NCBI GenBank assembly: GCA_039915165.1
Contig: JBDSNU010000018.1
Location: 166,617-230,616, forward strand
DNA: 64,000 bases
Reading direction: 5' to 3'
DNA from: Minisyncoccota bacterium
GTDB taxonomy: Bacteria > Patescibacteriota > Minisyncoccia > Phycocordibacterales > UBA9973
The translations under genes and the position numbers were made by a program. Positions 1-10,220 of the stretch are shown in pieces. The stretch's first letter is position 1. Each line of letters begins with the position of its first letter. The notes beneath the pieces were generated by a model, which was given only the letters and a program-made list of their open reading frames with translations, did not search any database and was not told where the DNA came from.

Positions 1-97
1 GGGAATATGTTACCACTTTGGTTTAAGCAACCATTTAGTTGCATATGTATCTTACATATGTTTTACTAGAGATACATTAGTAATAATAAAAATATTT

Positions 98-535
98 ATG
101 CAAGAAATCATTCAACGAGAAGTTACAATTAAGGCGACAAAAGAAAAAGTATATGACGCAATCACCAATCCTGAGAAAGTAGTATTGTGGTTTCCCGATA
201 CTATAGAAGGGGAATATGTCGTAGGTGAACAGCCTGTACTAGGTTTTGGTAAAGATGGCAGAACACAAATTTATGTTGTAGCAGCAAAACCGTATGATTA
301 TTTTTCATATCGTTGGGTGCCAGGCAGTGAACACTTTATCGGTGATGTTACCACTGTTGCTACAACACTAGTTGAATTTGCCATTGAGGAAAAAGACGGT
401 GTATGTAAGGTGACTCTTACTGAATCAGGATTTGCCGCACTGGCTCCTGAGCTTGCAGAAAAAGCATTTGGACAAAACTCAGGCGGATGGGATTTCATGC
501 TTGGTCGTCTAGGAAAATATTTTGGACAAGAATAA
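98..535 (+). CDS. SRPBCC/AHA1-like (START-fold) protein
   Basis: IKATKEKVYDAITNPE..WF start, C-terminal GGWDFMLGRL; adjacent to an ArsR gene as is typical. Confidence 0.85.
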   Translation: MQEIIQREVTIKATKEKVYDAITNPEKVVLWFPDTIEGEYVVGEQPVLGFGKDGRTQIYVVAAKPYDYFSYRWVPGSEHFIGDVTTVATTLVEFAIEEKDGVCKVTLTESGFAALAPELAEKAFGQNSGGWDFMLGRLGKYFGQE

Positions 536-537
536 AA

Positions 538-846
538 ATGGAAGCTCAGATTTTTAAAGCGCTTGGCGATCCATTGCGATTGAAAATCGTTAAGCGACTT
601 TCACATGGGTCAGACTATACAATAACTACTCTTACAAAAGATCTAGGCATTTCGAGGCAGGGCGCACGGAAACAATTACAAGTACTTGCTACAGCAAAAG
701 TTCTTCGACTCAAACCAGTAGGTCGTGAGGTGAATGTGATATTGAATCCAGCAGCATTGGAATCATGTCGTCGATTTATTATTTCACTAGAACAACAGTG
801 GGATACTCGCCTGAATGCATTGAAAGATGTTGTTGAGAGAGGGTAG
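538..846 (+). CDS. ArsR/SmtB family transcriptional regulator
   Basis: IFKALGDPLRLKIV...ISRQGARKQLQVL wHTH motif; ATG 538 chosen as start. Confidence 0.85.
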   Translation: MEAQIFKALGDPLRLKIVKRLSHGSDYTITTLTKDLGISRQGARKQLQVLATAKVLRLKPVGREVNVILNPAALESCRRFIISLEQQWDTRLNALKDVVERG

Positions 847-875
847 GGTGAGTGGTATATACTGTAGGAACTATT

Positions 876-1475
876 ATGCAAAAACCTACAGAAATAATCG
901 GATTTGATTTTGATGATGTATTGTTTGATTTCATGCCGACACTGAATCGTTGGCACAATCAGACGTATAATACCGCGCATACAATTGAAGAGTATATTAC
1001 TTTTGAATTGCATGAAGTCTGGGGATGTCTCCCGCATGAAGCAGTAGGGCGAGTATCAGCTTTTTACCAATCAGATGAATGCAATAATGCTTTGCCATTA
1101 CGCGATGCCAAAGAAGCGTTGACTATACTAAAAGAAAAATACAAGCTTGTTATTATTACTGCGCGCCCAGAGTCAATGGAAAAAGTCGTACAAGAATGGC
1201 TTGCTCAACATTGTGGAGGAATTTTTGATGAAGTGATATTTACCAATCATTATTTCGATACAGCATTGAAGCGAACTAAGTCTTCTGTATGTGTAGAGCT
1301 CGGAGTGAAGGTTTTTATTGACGATGCATTACACAATGCAGAAGACGTTGCGGCTGCCGGTATTCCCGTATTGCTTTTCGATACACCATGGAATAGAACA
1401 GACGTTTCTCCATTGATAACACGCGTTTCATCGTGGAGAGAAGTGTTAGAAAAAATACAGCGAGCGATTCACTAA
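876..1475 (+). CDS. HAD-superfamily 5'(3')-deoxyribonucleotidase-like protein
   Basis: DFDDVL motif I, ITAR motif II, FIDD motif IV, PWN. Confidence 0.85.
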   Translation: MQKPTEIIGFDFDDVLFDFMPTLNRWHNQTYNTAHTIEEYITFELHEVWGCLPHEAVGRVSAFYQSDECNNALPLRDAKEALTILKEKYKLVIITARPESMEKVVQEWLAQHCGGIFDEVIFTNHYFDTALKRTKSSVCVELGVKVFIDDALHNAEDVAAAGIPVLLFDTPWNRTDVSPLITRVSSWREVLEKIQRAIH

Positions 1476-1505
1476 AGAATGAGCGATGATTATCGTAAGC
1501 ACCGA

Positions 1506-1964
1506 TTAATTGGTACTCACTTCTTTAAAAATCCCATCCTTTTGGGATAGTTCAAAATTTCCCAATCTTGCCCATGAAGTAGTAATTTTTATAAACATAA
1601 TCTCACTATCGCCTATTTTATCAATAGGGGGAACCGCGTCATTTTTTGTGGCATATTCAACAACAGTAGCAAAGAGTCTTGTTTGTTCAGTTGGATCAGA
1701 AATAGTACTTGCAACTCCTTCGATTTGAACTGTTTGATAGGTAGTTTCATCGTAGACAACAAATGCTACTGTAGGAGTCTGTACTAGGTTTTTGTACTTA
1801 CGACTATTTTTTCTAGTGGTGAAGAAAATATTGAGAGAGTCATCATGAGAAAAATACACCACAGCAGATTCTGGGTGCCCAGTAGTGTTGACAGTACTAA
1901 TTATTCCAAGATGAGTGTTGAAATTTTTAACAGCAGCAGTAAGAGCTTCAATTGAATTGTTCAT
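1506..1964 (-). CDS. pyridoxamine 5'-phosphate oxidase-like FMN-binding protein
   Basis: STVN..GHPESAVVYF...SRKYKNL..P.VAF motif. Confidence 0.8.
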   Translation of the reverse strand: MNNSIEALTAAVKNFNTHLGIISTVNTTGHPESAVVYFSHDDSLNIFFTTRKNSRKYKNLVQTPTVAFVVYDETTYQTVQIEGVASTISDPTEQTRLFATVVEYATKNDAVPPIDKIGDSEIMFIKITTSWARLGNFELSQKDGIFKEVSTN

Positions 1965-2080
1965 ATAACAAGTGTAGTTCTTTTTACACACAAACCCTAA
2001 TGTAGTTATTTCACATAACGGATATTTATTTAAAGCGTGATATAGTTATATTATTATAATAGTTCGCATATAAATATTTT

Positions 2081-2500
2081 ATGGTCTCAATACATTTTTT
2101 CGTAATTTTACTCGCTGCCCTTGCTGCATTTATTTTAGGATTTATGGCTCATGGTCCACTCTTGGGAAAGGTGTGGATGAAGTTGGCTGATATTCATCCA
2201 ACTGGCAATGAAAAACTTTCTGATATGGTTCCTCAAATGGCATGGAACTTTGTGGCAAATATTGTATGTGCAACAGGATTAGCTATTGTGTACCTTTTTG
2301 CTGCTCACTCAGGATTGCTGACTGGAAGTACTGCATTGAACGGTATTATTTGCGGCCTCATTGTTTGGCTCGGCTTCACTGTTAGTAGTAGTTCAATAGG
2401 TGTAATCTGGATGGGGCAGTCTGCCAAGCTTTGGTTATTTGAATCTGCTTGTTCAATGGTAGTGTTCGCTGTAATGGGTGTGATTATCGCGACTATATAG
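2081..2500 (+). CDS. DUF1761-like membrane protein
   Basis: 4 hydrophobic helices, GPLLGKVWMKL motif. Confidence 0.7.
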   Translation: MVSIHFFVILLAALAAFILGFMAHGPLLGKVWMKLADIHPTGNEKLSDMVPQMAWNFVANIVCATGLAIVYLFAAHSGLLTGSTALNGIICGLIVWLGFTVSSSSIGVIWMGQSAKLWLFESACSMVVFAVMGVIIATI

Positions 2501-2510
2501 CAGTCGACGT

Positions 2511-2542
2511 GAAAGAGCCTGGCATATGCCAGGCTCTTTTTT
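2511..2542 (+). terminator. intrinsic terminator
   Basis: AAAGAGCCTGGCA-TA-TGCCAGGCTCTTT followed by T-run. Confidence 0.8.
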
Positions 2543-2693
2543 GTATATAAGCACAAAACCGCCTACCCCTTGAAATATTGACGAATATGTACTATGGTGT
2601 TGATAACAGCCCAATTTCTGTAATGGCAGAATCTCTAAAATGTAAGATTTGGGTGGGTAAATCGTAATAATAAGTAGGTTAATCAAAGAATAT

Positions 2694-3905
2694 ATGAAGA
2701 ATTTTAGTTTTAAATCAATTTTGGCCCCAGTGCTAGCTATCGTTATGGCGGTGGTTTTTGCGACCCAAGTGTCTGCAATGACCCCAACTTTAACCCTAGT
2801 TTCAAATGGCAACGGGACAATTCAAACAACAGTCTATGCTGATGCTAATGCAAGTGTGATCTTGGATTATTATTCAGGCGGACAATTAATGGGAGCTGGC
2901 GTAGTAGGTACTACTAACTATAGTGGATACTTCAACGGCACTATTAATACTTATCAGTACAACATCCCAAGTGGTGCCCCTGTATTGGTAGTAGTTAATG
3001 GACAGCAGTCTGCTACTACAACATGGCCAACAACCGGCTATAACAATGGCGGATATAATTACAACAATAATACCGTTACTCCATTGCTTAGTCAGAGTAG
3101 TCTCAATATGACAGTAGGGCAGAATGGCAGTGTGACTATCAGTGGTAATGGCTACAGTAATAATGGTCAGTACTACATCGCCAACAGTTCAAACAATGTT
3201 GCGAATGCAACTATCAGCGGTAATACAGTAAGTGTGTATGCGGTGAATACTGGTACAACAACAATCAGTATTTGTTCAAACAGTTTAGTAAATACAATTA
3301 GTTATGGCCTTGGTAATTACACAGGCTCATGTGCTTCATTGTATGTAACTGTTACAGGTAGTTATTACAACCCACCAGTTGTATATACTCCTCCTGTATA
3401 TAACTACCCAACGTATCCTACCTACCCTACATATCCAACTTACCCGACATATCCATATAACAACAATAATAATTACAATAACTATAATTCTAATTACAAC
3501 TACTCTTCACCAATCAGTGTAAGTAATAGTACTGTACAAGTTACAGTTGGAAATACAGGTACAGTAAATTTGTTCGGAGGTGATACTAACAATTACAACA
3601 ACAATGTATATCCATACAATAGTGGGTATAACACTGGCTACAATACAAGTAGTTATTATGTAACTACTAACAACAACTCAGTTGCTACTGCCACAGTAAA
3701 CGGCAATATACTAACTATCTACGGTACAAATGCTGGTAACACTACTGTTACAGTGTGTGGAACAAATGGCAGTCAGTGTGCAACAGTAAACATTACTGTG
3801 ATCGCACCAACTTACTATGTGAACAATGGCGGATATAACAATTACCAAAATCAAAATGGTAACTGGTACTACTCTGAATCCAAGCATTGTTGGATGCACC
3901 GATAA
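2694..3905 (+). CDS. secreted Tyr/Asn/Thr-rich surface protein with two Ig-like repeats and (YPT)n tract
   Basis: signal peptide; duplicated VA.AT..GN...Y..N.G.TT...C segment; YPT tandem repeat. Confidence 0.7.
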   Translation: MKNFSFKSILAPVLAIVMAVVFATQVSAMTPTLTLVSNGNGTIQTTVYADANASVILDYYSGGQLMGAGVVGTTNYSGYFNGTINTYQYNIPSGAPVLVVVNGQQSATTTWPTTGYNNGGYNYNNNTVTPLLSQSSLNMTVGQNGSVTISGNGYSNNGQYYIANSSNNVANATISGNTVSVYAVNTGTTTISICSNSLVNTISYGLGNYTGSCASLYVTVTGSYYNPPVVYTPPVYNYPTYPTYPTYPTYPTYPYNNNNNYNNYNSNYNYSSPISVSNSTVQVTVGNTGTVNLFGGDTNNYNNNVYPYNSGYNTGYNTSSYYVTTNNNSVATATVNGNILTIYGTNAGNTTVTVCGTNGSQCATVNITVIAPTYYVNNGGYNNYQNQNGNWYYSESKHCWMHR

Positions 3906-3986
3906 TCCTACTTCGCCTAAAGGCTACGCGGGACACGTTTACAAAAAGAAAAAACCACCCTTCGACTACGCTCAGGGTGGTTTTTT
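3906..3986. repeat. REP-like elements and bidirectional terminator between convergent genes
   Basis: TCCTACTTCGCCTAAAGGCTACGCGGGAC (3906-3934) and CCCTTCGACTACGCTCAGGGT inside an AAAAAACCACCC..GGGTGGTTTTTT hairpin. Confidence 0.6.
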
Positions 3987-3994
3987 CTTTTTAA

Positions 3995-4441
3995 CTAGTA
4001 CGTATGTTGTTGTTCGTTAGTAATAATATATTTTGCTAATGAGTATCGTCCTGGCCCTAGGATCAGAATAGGGATAAGAGCAGCGATCAATGCAAGGTTC
4101 AATTCATAGCCAGTAGCAGTTTGAGTACTGATGAGTGGCATGCCGAAATGCACTATTACTAAAATTGAAACAAACATCGTAATGATCAATAGTAATGAAA
4201 CAATACGAGTTGCAACACCGAGAATGAGGGCTAGCCCACCAAATGTTTCAACAAGTGTTACGATCCATGCAAAGAGCAGTGCTGCCGGAATGTTTGCTTG
4301 AGTGAAAAAGTCAGCAGTCATATTAATACCCATGTTAAACTTCATGATACCGTGTAAGAAGAAAATTACACCGACAATAAGTCGCATGAATAATAATCCC
4401 ATGTTAATTCTTGATGCGAAGAACGATTCTATTTTTGTCAT
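3995..4441 (-). CDS. DoxX family membrane protein
   Basis: RLIVGVIFFLHGIMK...ETFGGLALILG..TR...GYELNL...GPGRYSL. Confidence 0.9.
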   Translation of the reverse strand: MTKIESFFASRINMGLLFMRLIVGVIFFLHGIMKFNMGINMTADFFTQANIPAALLFAWIVTLVETFGGLALILGVATRIVSLLLIITMFVSILVIVHFGMPLISTQTATGYELNLALIAALIPILILGPGRYSLAKYIITNEQQHTY

Positions 4442-4521
4442 AATCAAAGTATACACTGATTGACTTTTAGTACAATAGTGGTAATGTGTGAATAAACACA
4501 TTAATTTAAAAACTTTACAAC

Positions 4522-4935
4522 ATGGAAAAACTCTTTAGCCCGCGTGCAAAGCTCATTGTAGCTGTTGCAACATTTGTTTTACTCGCTATTGTTTATCACC
4601 TAAATATTGTTGATTGGGTTACCACCGGCGTATTGGTTACTGTGATATTACTGATATGTAATTTCGCCGCAGATAAGGCTGTTGAGTTTTATGCGGAGAC
4701 TAAGTGGATAGGGTTCATATTGTTCGCAGTTTCGTTCGCAGGTGCATACGGCATAATAATTTTTTATACCGTTGCAATATACTTTAAGCGTGAAGGATAT
4801 CAAACAGATGAAATAGAGCAGTACCTACATTTTTTCTGCTATTTTCTGTTTTTAAATGTTACTTTTATTGTTATATGTTCTGCCTGGAACAAATTTGCAA
4901 CAAGTCGATTAAATAAATCGCTTGATTATCGCTAA
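4522..4935 (+). CDS. hypothetical membrane protein
   Basis: ORF with about 4 TM segments. Confidence 0.6.
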   Translation: MEKLFSPRAKLIVAVATFVLLAIVYHLNIVDWVTTGVLVTVILLICNFAADKAVEFYAETKWIGFILFAVSFAGAYGIIIFYTVAIYFKREGYQTDEIEQYLHFFCYFLFLNVTFIVICSAWNKFATSRLNKSLDYR

Positions 4936-4981
4936 CTATGGTTCCAAAAATCCTCGAGTATAACTCGGGGATTTTTATTTG

Positions 4982-5066
4982 CGGAGACGGCGAGATTCGA
5001 ACTCGCGGGGCTTTGACACCCACTTCCTTAGCAAGGAAGCACAATAGACCACTCTGACACGTCTCC
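4982..5066 (-). tRNA. tRNA-Ser(GCT)
   Basis: GGAGACG acceptor, CTTCC-TTGCTAA-GGAAG anticodon arm, long variable arm, GTTCGAATC T-loop; CCA not encoded. Confidence 0.95.
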
Positions 5067-5187
5067 AATGTTTATATATACAGCAGTATGCTGTGCCGTT
5101 ACTTTAGCACAAAATATTCAGAGGTTAAACTGGTAAAATAAAAAACTCCCCGGCCTTGTTCGGGGAGTTTTTTAATGTAATTGAGAA

Positions 5188-5532
5188 CTATGGACGAGCA
5201 GGAGTAGTTGGTGCTGGTGTTGGAGCAACAGGCATAGCAGGTACTACAACAGTAGTAGTTGTACCTGAATATCCAGTCTGGTCATCCATCATCATTGTCT
5301 GGCCCCAGCCTGAACGCATGCGGTCACCGTGCCCTTCCATCATTCCTGACATCTGACCATATTGACCATGTACTAATACATTTAATTCTCCTAGGTGATA
5401 TCCAGCTGAGAAAATAAATAGTCCGATTACGATTGCAATAATAAGACGTGCCCATCGGTATTTCTTTCCAGTTTCATTGCCGCACCAGTCACACATCTTG
5501 TGGTCATGGTCGTGATTCATTTCTTTTTCCAT
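5188..5532 (-). CDS. hypothetical single-pass membrane protein (Met/Gly-rich tail)
   Basis: ORF, one TM helix, low-complexity C-terminus. Confidence 0.6.
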   Translation of the reverse strand: MEKEMNHDHDHKMCDWCGNETGKKYRWARLIIAIVIGLFIFSAGYHLGELNVLVHGQYGQMSGMMEGHGDRMRSGWGQTMMMDDQTGYSGTTTTVVVPAMPVAPTPAPTTPARP

Positions 5533-5574
5533 AAAGTTATTTATATTTAAAGTGAGTAATGCTATAAGTATATC

Positions 5575-6015
5575 ATGCATCATGTAGCAATAATGAAACC
5601 AGTCTTGAATATGATCCCTAAAATTCTTTCAGGTCAGAAGACGATTGAGTCTCGTTGGTATCAAACAAAACGCGCACCATGGGACCAGATCAAAAAAGGG
5701 GACACAGTATTTTTTAAAGATAGTGGCAAAAAAGTAACAATACGCGGACAGGCCTCGACGGTTTTACAGTTTGAAATAAAAGACCATGAGCAGGCTCAAG
5801 CTATATTAGATAAGTACGGAAAGCAAATTGGTTTTACTGAAGATCAATTAAACATAAAGAAATGGGGTCAGACCCCAAAATATTGCATACTAATTTTCTT
5901 AGAAAAAGTTCAAAAGATTGAGGAGCCGTTTATGATAAATAAAAAAGGGTTCGGTGCACCGGCCGCATGGTTAGTCGTGAAGGATATAGAAGATATCAAA
6001 GTCAATTCTTTCTAA
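5575..6015 (+). CDS. ASCH domain protein
   Basis: ILSGQKTIESR...IKKGDTVFFK ASCH signature. Confidence 0.8.
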   Translation: MHHVAIMKPVLNMIPKILSGQKTIESRWYQTKRAPWDQIKKGDTVFFKDSGKKVTIRGQASTVLQFEIKDHEQAQAILDKYGKQIGFTEDQLNIKKWGQTPKYCILIFLEKVQKIEEPFMINKKGFGAPAAWLVVKDIEDIKVNSF

Positions 6016-6082
6016 AGAAAAAGGGGTATTTATCCTCTTTTTATGCAAAATACGGCGGGCTAAGGTGTGCTACACTTTAGCT

Positions 6083-6832
6083 ATGACTACCTCATACAAG
6101 ATTGTTGCGAGCGATTTTATGATTGACGACATCCTGCCGCAGGAGATAAGTAGCAAGCGCTACTCGTTCACCATAAAGGATATGCCTTCTGAGGACACCC
6201 CTCGTGAGAAGCTTATTAATTATGGTCCGGAGTCCCTTTCTGTACAGGAACTAATGGCTGTGTTACTCAATACCGGTACTAAAAAGGAGGATGTGTTGGC
6301 AATGTCTGCACGCATTATCAAAGACTATGGACCGAGAGCACTGGCTGGTCAGAGAAAAGCTCAAAAGCTCGCAACAGATTTAGATATCCCATTAATAAAA
6401 GCAACTCAAATTATTGCCTGTACAGAGCTGGGCCGCAGGTTTTTTGAAAAAAGTACAGATGGTCCACAAACTATTCGTACAGCAAAAGATGTCTATGAAT
6501 ATCTGTATGACATGCGCGCACTCCCTAAAGAACATTTACGGGGTATTTATCTCAATACTCATCATCGCATTATTCATGATGAAGTAATCTCCATCGGTAC
6601 AATCAACGGCAATCTTATTCACCCGCGCGAAGTATTCAAGCCAGCAATTGAACATGGTGCTGCCGCAATAATTTTGGCGCACAACCATCCTTCAGGCGTA
6701 GTTACACCAAGTCAGGCTGACATCGATATTACTAACCACATTATTTCAGTAGGGAAGATCATCGGCATTCCTTTAGTGGATCATGTGGTGATCGGACGAG
6801 ATTCTTTTATTAGTATAGAAGCAGAGTATTAA
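6083..6832 (+). CDS. radC: RadC family JAB-domain protein
   Basis: PREKL..G.ESLS..EL, HPREVF, AHNHPSG...PS.AD, DHVVIG. Confidence 0.95.
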   Translation: MTTSYKIVASDFMIDDILPQEISSKRYSFTIKDMPSEDTPREKLINYGPESLSVQELMAVLLNTGTKKEDVLAMSARIIKDYGPRALAGQRKAQKLATDLDIPLIKATQIIACTELGRRFFEKSTDGPQTIRTAKDVYEYLYDMRALPKEHLRGIYLNTHHRIIHDEVISIGTINGNLIHPREVFKPAIEHGAAAIILAHNHPSGVVTPSQADIDITNHIISVGKIIGIPLVDHVVIGRDSFISIEAEY

Positions 6833-6835
6833 TAT

Positions 6836-7111
6836 ATGGCAATTAACAAAAAATATCGTACTCCAGTTGTTCCAGGGTATTTCACTAACCTTTCATCAAT
6901 AGAAAATTTAGCTGTATTACAAGATGGCCCAGTTGATAGTGAGCAAGCAGAATTAGTACTGTACTTCAATGATCTCTATCAGGTTTTTATTCATCGCTTC
7001 TCACATTTTGCATTTGCTGACACTATCTCTAAAGAAGAGGAAGCACAGCTCATGGCAATGTTGACTGAACTAATAAAAGTAAAGCACTCAATTCGTCAGG
7101 AACCAGCATAA
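6836..7111 (+). CDS. hypothetical protein
   Basis: ORF coupled to the radC stop. Confidence 0.55.
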   Translation: MAINKKYRTPVVPGYFTNLSSIENLAVLQDGPVDSEQAELVLYFNDLYQVFIHRFSHFAFADTISKEEEAQLMAMLTELIKVKHSIRQEPA

Positions 7112-7755
7112 CCGTGTGCCAATGCAATTGCACATATATGTTTTACCCCAGCCGCGCGTAATGCGCGGCTGGCTTCGTTTGTTGTACTACCTGTAGTGAT
7201 TACATCATCGATTATTATATACAGTGCATCGGCATATACTGGTTGCAAAGAATGTTTTACCGACATGCTATTTTTCATATTATCTTGTCGCTGCTTTTTG
7301 TTCACAGTATGGGCCTGTGACAATGTTGTTTTTGTTTTTCGTAAAAGCGGAGAGACTATAGACCCTGGAATAATTTTTTGTACCCATCGTGCCAACTCTG
7401 TGCTTTGATTGAATCCTCTTTGAAAGGTTTTGGTGAAGTGTTGAGGAATAGGCACCAGGATCACTTTTGTTTGAGTTGTTGTTTGCAGTAGCTCATGGAG
7501 GAAAGTCATTATGTCTTCTCCATGATATTGAATCATCGACTTGGCTACACTGCTACGACGATAGTATTTAAGGTGCCATATTGCTTGACGCACAGTCGGA
7601 TTTGTATAGTTATATAATGCGTACGAAATAACCTCTCCCATAATGGGTTGTGCTGAGGGAAGGGTATCGCAGCATGTTCTACAAAGCGCAGATCCAGGTG
7701 TATTACATACAGTACATCGTTCGGGGAATAACAATTGCAGTAAGGTGTCAATCAT
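7096..7755 (-). CDS. comF: ComF family competence protein (Zn finger + PRTase)
   Basis: CxxC...CxxC, RGFNQS, IIDDVITTGST. Confidence 0.92.
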   Translation of the reverse strand: MIDTLLQLLFPERCTVCNTPGSALCRTCCDTLPSAQPIMGEVISYALYNYTNPTVRQAIWHLKYYRRSSVAKSMIQYHGEDIMTFLHELLQTTTQTKVILVPIPQHFTKTFQRGFNQSTELARWVQKIIPGSIVSPLLRKTKTTLSQAHTVNKKQRQDNMKNSMSVKHSLQPVYADALYIIIDDVITTGSTTNEASRALRAAGVKHICAIALAHGYAGS

Positions 7756-7791
7756 AGGAATTCTGAATTTATGCGTTATACTATCAAATAT

Positions 7792-8919
7792 ATGGACAGT
7801 ATACTCGCTAGCATAAAAAGTGTCTTCTCTGGATTTGGAGGTACAAAAGATAACCGCGTAGTTGGTATCGATATCGGCACCTCATCAATCAAAGTTGTTG
7901 AGCTCAAAAAAGAAGGTGGCCGTGTGGTGCTTGATACCTATGGTGCATTGGCGCTAGGTCAATACAATGAAGGTGGTCATATTGGGCAAGTAACCAACCT
8001 CAGTCCAGAAATTCTAACAAAAGCATTGATCGATGTACTCAAAGAAACAAAAATTACTAGTACAAATGTTGTTCTGGGTATTCCTTCTGTTTCTTGTATT
8101 ATTTTTATACTACAGCTGCCTAGTGAAATTGAAGAAAAAGATCTCGGTACTGTTATCCCTGGTGAATCAAAAAAGTTTATCCCCGTACCATTGGCAGATG
8201 TTTCTCTCGACTGGTATGTACTCCCACGACGTGAAGATTCTGGGACTGAATTGCGGGCTCTTGCTGAAACAGGCAATGCGGCAACAATGTCAGTGCTTGT
8301 AGTAGCGACACTTAATGACACATTAACAAAATATGTTGATGTTGCTCAAAAAGCAGGATTGCCAGTAGATAGTTTAGAGATTGAAGTGTTCAGTCATATT
8401 CGCTCTGTTATGACTCGCGAATTGTACCCGGTAATGATTGTTGATATTGGGGCTTCAAAAACAAAGCTTACTATTGTTGAACACGGTATCGTTGAAACAT
8501 TTCGTTTGGTAAACAAAGGCTCACAAGATATGACATTGGCTATCAGTCGCAGTTTAGAGCTGTCCTTTGAACAGGCAGAAAATCTTAAAAAAGAGCATGG
8601 ACTGATATCTCCTCCAGAATATCCTCGACTTGCAGAGCCAATCAAAATACAGCTCGCAGATATTTTTCAAGAAACAAATGCTGCCATTCTTGGATATGAA
8701 AAGCGTTATAACAAAAATATTGGCAAAATCATTTTCACCGGCGGCGGGGCAATGACTCACGGTTTACTTGATTATGCTAAACAAAGCTTTGCGTCTGAGC
8801 TAGCGATTGCAGATCCTTTCGTAAAAGTAGAAGCACCAGTGTTTCTTGCAGGTGTATTGAAAAAAACTGGACCAGAATTTTCTATTGCAATCGGTTTGGC
8901 GTTAAGAAAAATTCAGTAA
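7792..8919 (+). CDS. pilM: type IV pilus assembly protein PilM
   Basis: VGIDIGTSSIKVVEL, VDIGASKT, FTGGGA, AIGLALR (actin-like fold). Confidence 0.92.
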   Translation: MDSILASIKSVFSGFGGTKDNRVVGIDIGTSSIKVVELKKEGGRVVLDTYGALALGQYNEGGHIGQVTNLSPEILTKALIDVLKETKITSTNVVLGIPSVSCIIFILQLPSEIEEKDLGTVIPGESKKFIPVPLADVSLDWYVLPRREDSGTELRALAETGNAATMSVLVVATLNDTLTKYVDVAQKAGLPVDSLEIEVFSHIRSVMTRELYPVMIVDIGASKTKLTIVEHGIVETFRLVNKGSQDMTLAISRSLELSFEQAENLKKEHGLISPPEYPRLAEPIKIQLADIFQETNAAILGYEKRYNKNIGKIIFTGGGAMTHGLLDYAKQSFASELAIADPFVKVEAPVFLAGVLKKTGPEFSIAIGLALRKIQ

Positions 8920-8982
8920 TCCACCTGATTGTGATAAAAATTTGCACAATATATATGTGTGCATGCTATACTTTCAGTACTA

Positions 8983-9627
8983 ATGGAACCTATCGTATCA
9001 ACTTCGTTCATTCCTAAGCGTCCAGTTTCATCGGAGCCTATTTCTCAGTCGCGTACTACTGGCGGATCTGTTGGTGTATTGTCACTGCTTACTTTCGTAA
9101 TTATTTTAGCAACAGGCCTTTCATTTGCTGGTGTCTATTTGTATAAACAAGCACTCGAAAAACAAAAAGCAGATTTGCAAGTTAAAATCACCCAAGCACA
9201 AGAGGGGCTTGGTACCAGTTTTGTTACCGATATGAAGCAGCTCAGTCAGCGTATCAATGGTGTGAAGACGCTTATCGCAAACCATGTTGTAGTGTCGCCA
9301 ATTTTTGCAGCATTACAGGCAACTACTTTGCAAACTGTTCAATATCAGAACTTTACCTATGATTTCACGACTGATCCTGGTACAAATGCCAAGATGGTAC
9401 AGGTGACTATTACTGGTGTTGCAAAAAACTACGCAACACTTGCATTGCAATCTGATGCGTATGCAAAGAGTAATCTCATCAACAATCCAATATTCTCCAA
9501 TCTAACTGTTGATGACAAGACACAGCAGGTAGGATTTAAGCTACTATTTACTGTTGACCCAAATAATTTGTCATATCAAACATTTATTCAAACCATGGGT
9601 AATGCACCAATAACAACTACACAATAA
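8983..9627 (+). CDS. pilN: PilN-like protein
   Basis: TM + coiled coil + ferredoxin-like C-terminus; position after pilM. Confidence 0.7.
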   Translation: MEPIVSTSFIPKRPVSSEPISQSRTTGGSVGVLSLLTFVIILATGLSFAGVYLYKQALEKQKADLQVKITQAQEGLGTSFVTDMKQLSQRINGVKTLIANHVVVSPIFAALQATTLQTVQYQNFTYDFTTDPGTNAKMVQVTITGVAKNYATLALQSDAYAKSNLINNPIFSNLTVDDKTQQVGFKLLFTVDPNNLSYQTFIQTMGNAPITTTQ

Positions 9628-9628
9628 T

Positions 9629-10219
9629 ATGAGATATGTTTTCTTACTACTTCTAATAGCTGCTTCAATCGGAATATTTGTTACGGTTATTATTCCACGA
9701 TATGGTGTGATCAAGGGTGATCGCGCCGATGTTGCTGCATATCAAGCAAACTTAGTAACTGCAAACGAACTACAACAGTCCCGTAATGCGTTGATTGCTC
9801 AATATAATAATATTCCCAAAACTGATTTGGATAATATTAAAACATTGCTCCCCGATAGTGTTGATAATATTCGCTTGATTATTCAACTCGATTCACTTGC
9901 AACAAAAAATGGATTGTCATCATTGAGAAATGTTGATTACAATCCGAGCCAAGCAACCACAACAGCTCCAGGGGCTACGTCACGTACTACAGATGCAAAA
10001 GCTGACCAGCGTCCATACGGGGAATTCGTTATCGCATTTCAGACAACGGGGCAGTATTCCAATTTACTATCATTTATCTCTGATCTTGAGCAAAATCTTC
10101 GCTTAGTTGATGTAACAAATGTACAATTTACTCCAATTCTTTCAAGTACAGGCACACAAACAGCAGCAAGTGGTATTACCTATAAAGTAACCCTTAAAAC
10201 CTATTGGTTAAAAAAATAA
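9629..10219 (+). CDS. pilO: PilO-like protein
   Basis: LLPDSVD...GQYSNLLSFISDLEQNLRLVDV motif. Confidence 0.8.
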   Translation: MRYVFLLLLIAASIGIFVTVIIPRYGVIKGDRADVAAYQANLVTANELQQSRNALIAQYNNIPKTDLDNIKTLLPDSVDNIRLIIQLDSLATKNGLSSLRNVDYNPSQATTTAPGATSRTTDAKADQRPYGEFVIAFQTTGQYSNLLSFISDLEQNLRLVDVTNVQFTPILSSTGTQTAASGITYKVTLKTYWLKK

Positions 10220-10220
10220 T

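Noticed and set aside
2585-2693. Riboswitch in the leader of the 2694 gene
   Set aside because: Some pairing is possible (CCCAA/TTGGG, TTCTG/CAGAA), but it matches no riboswitch consensus I recognise. An Infernal/Rfam search would be needed.
4692-4700. TGCGGAGAC matching the antisense tRNA-Ser 3' end (possible att site)
   Set aside because: It lies inside an intact ORF, lacks the GGA/GAAC spacing and has no adjacent hairpin, so it is probably chance.
4871-5068. 65-aa ORF in the track
   Set aside because: Shadow translation of tRNA-Ser.
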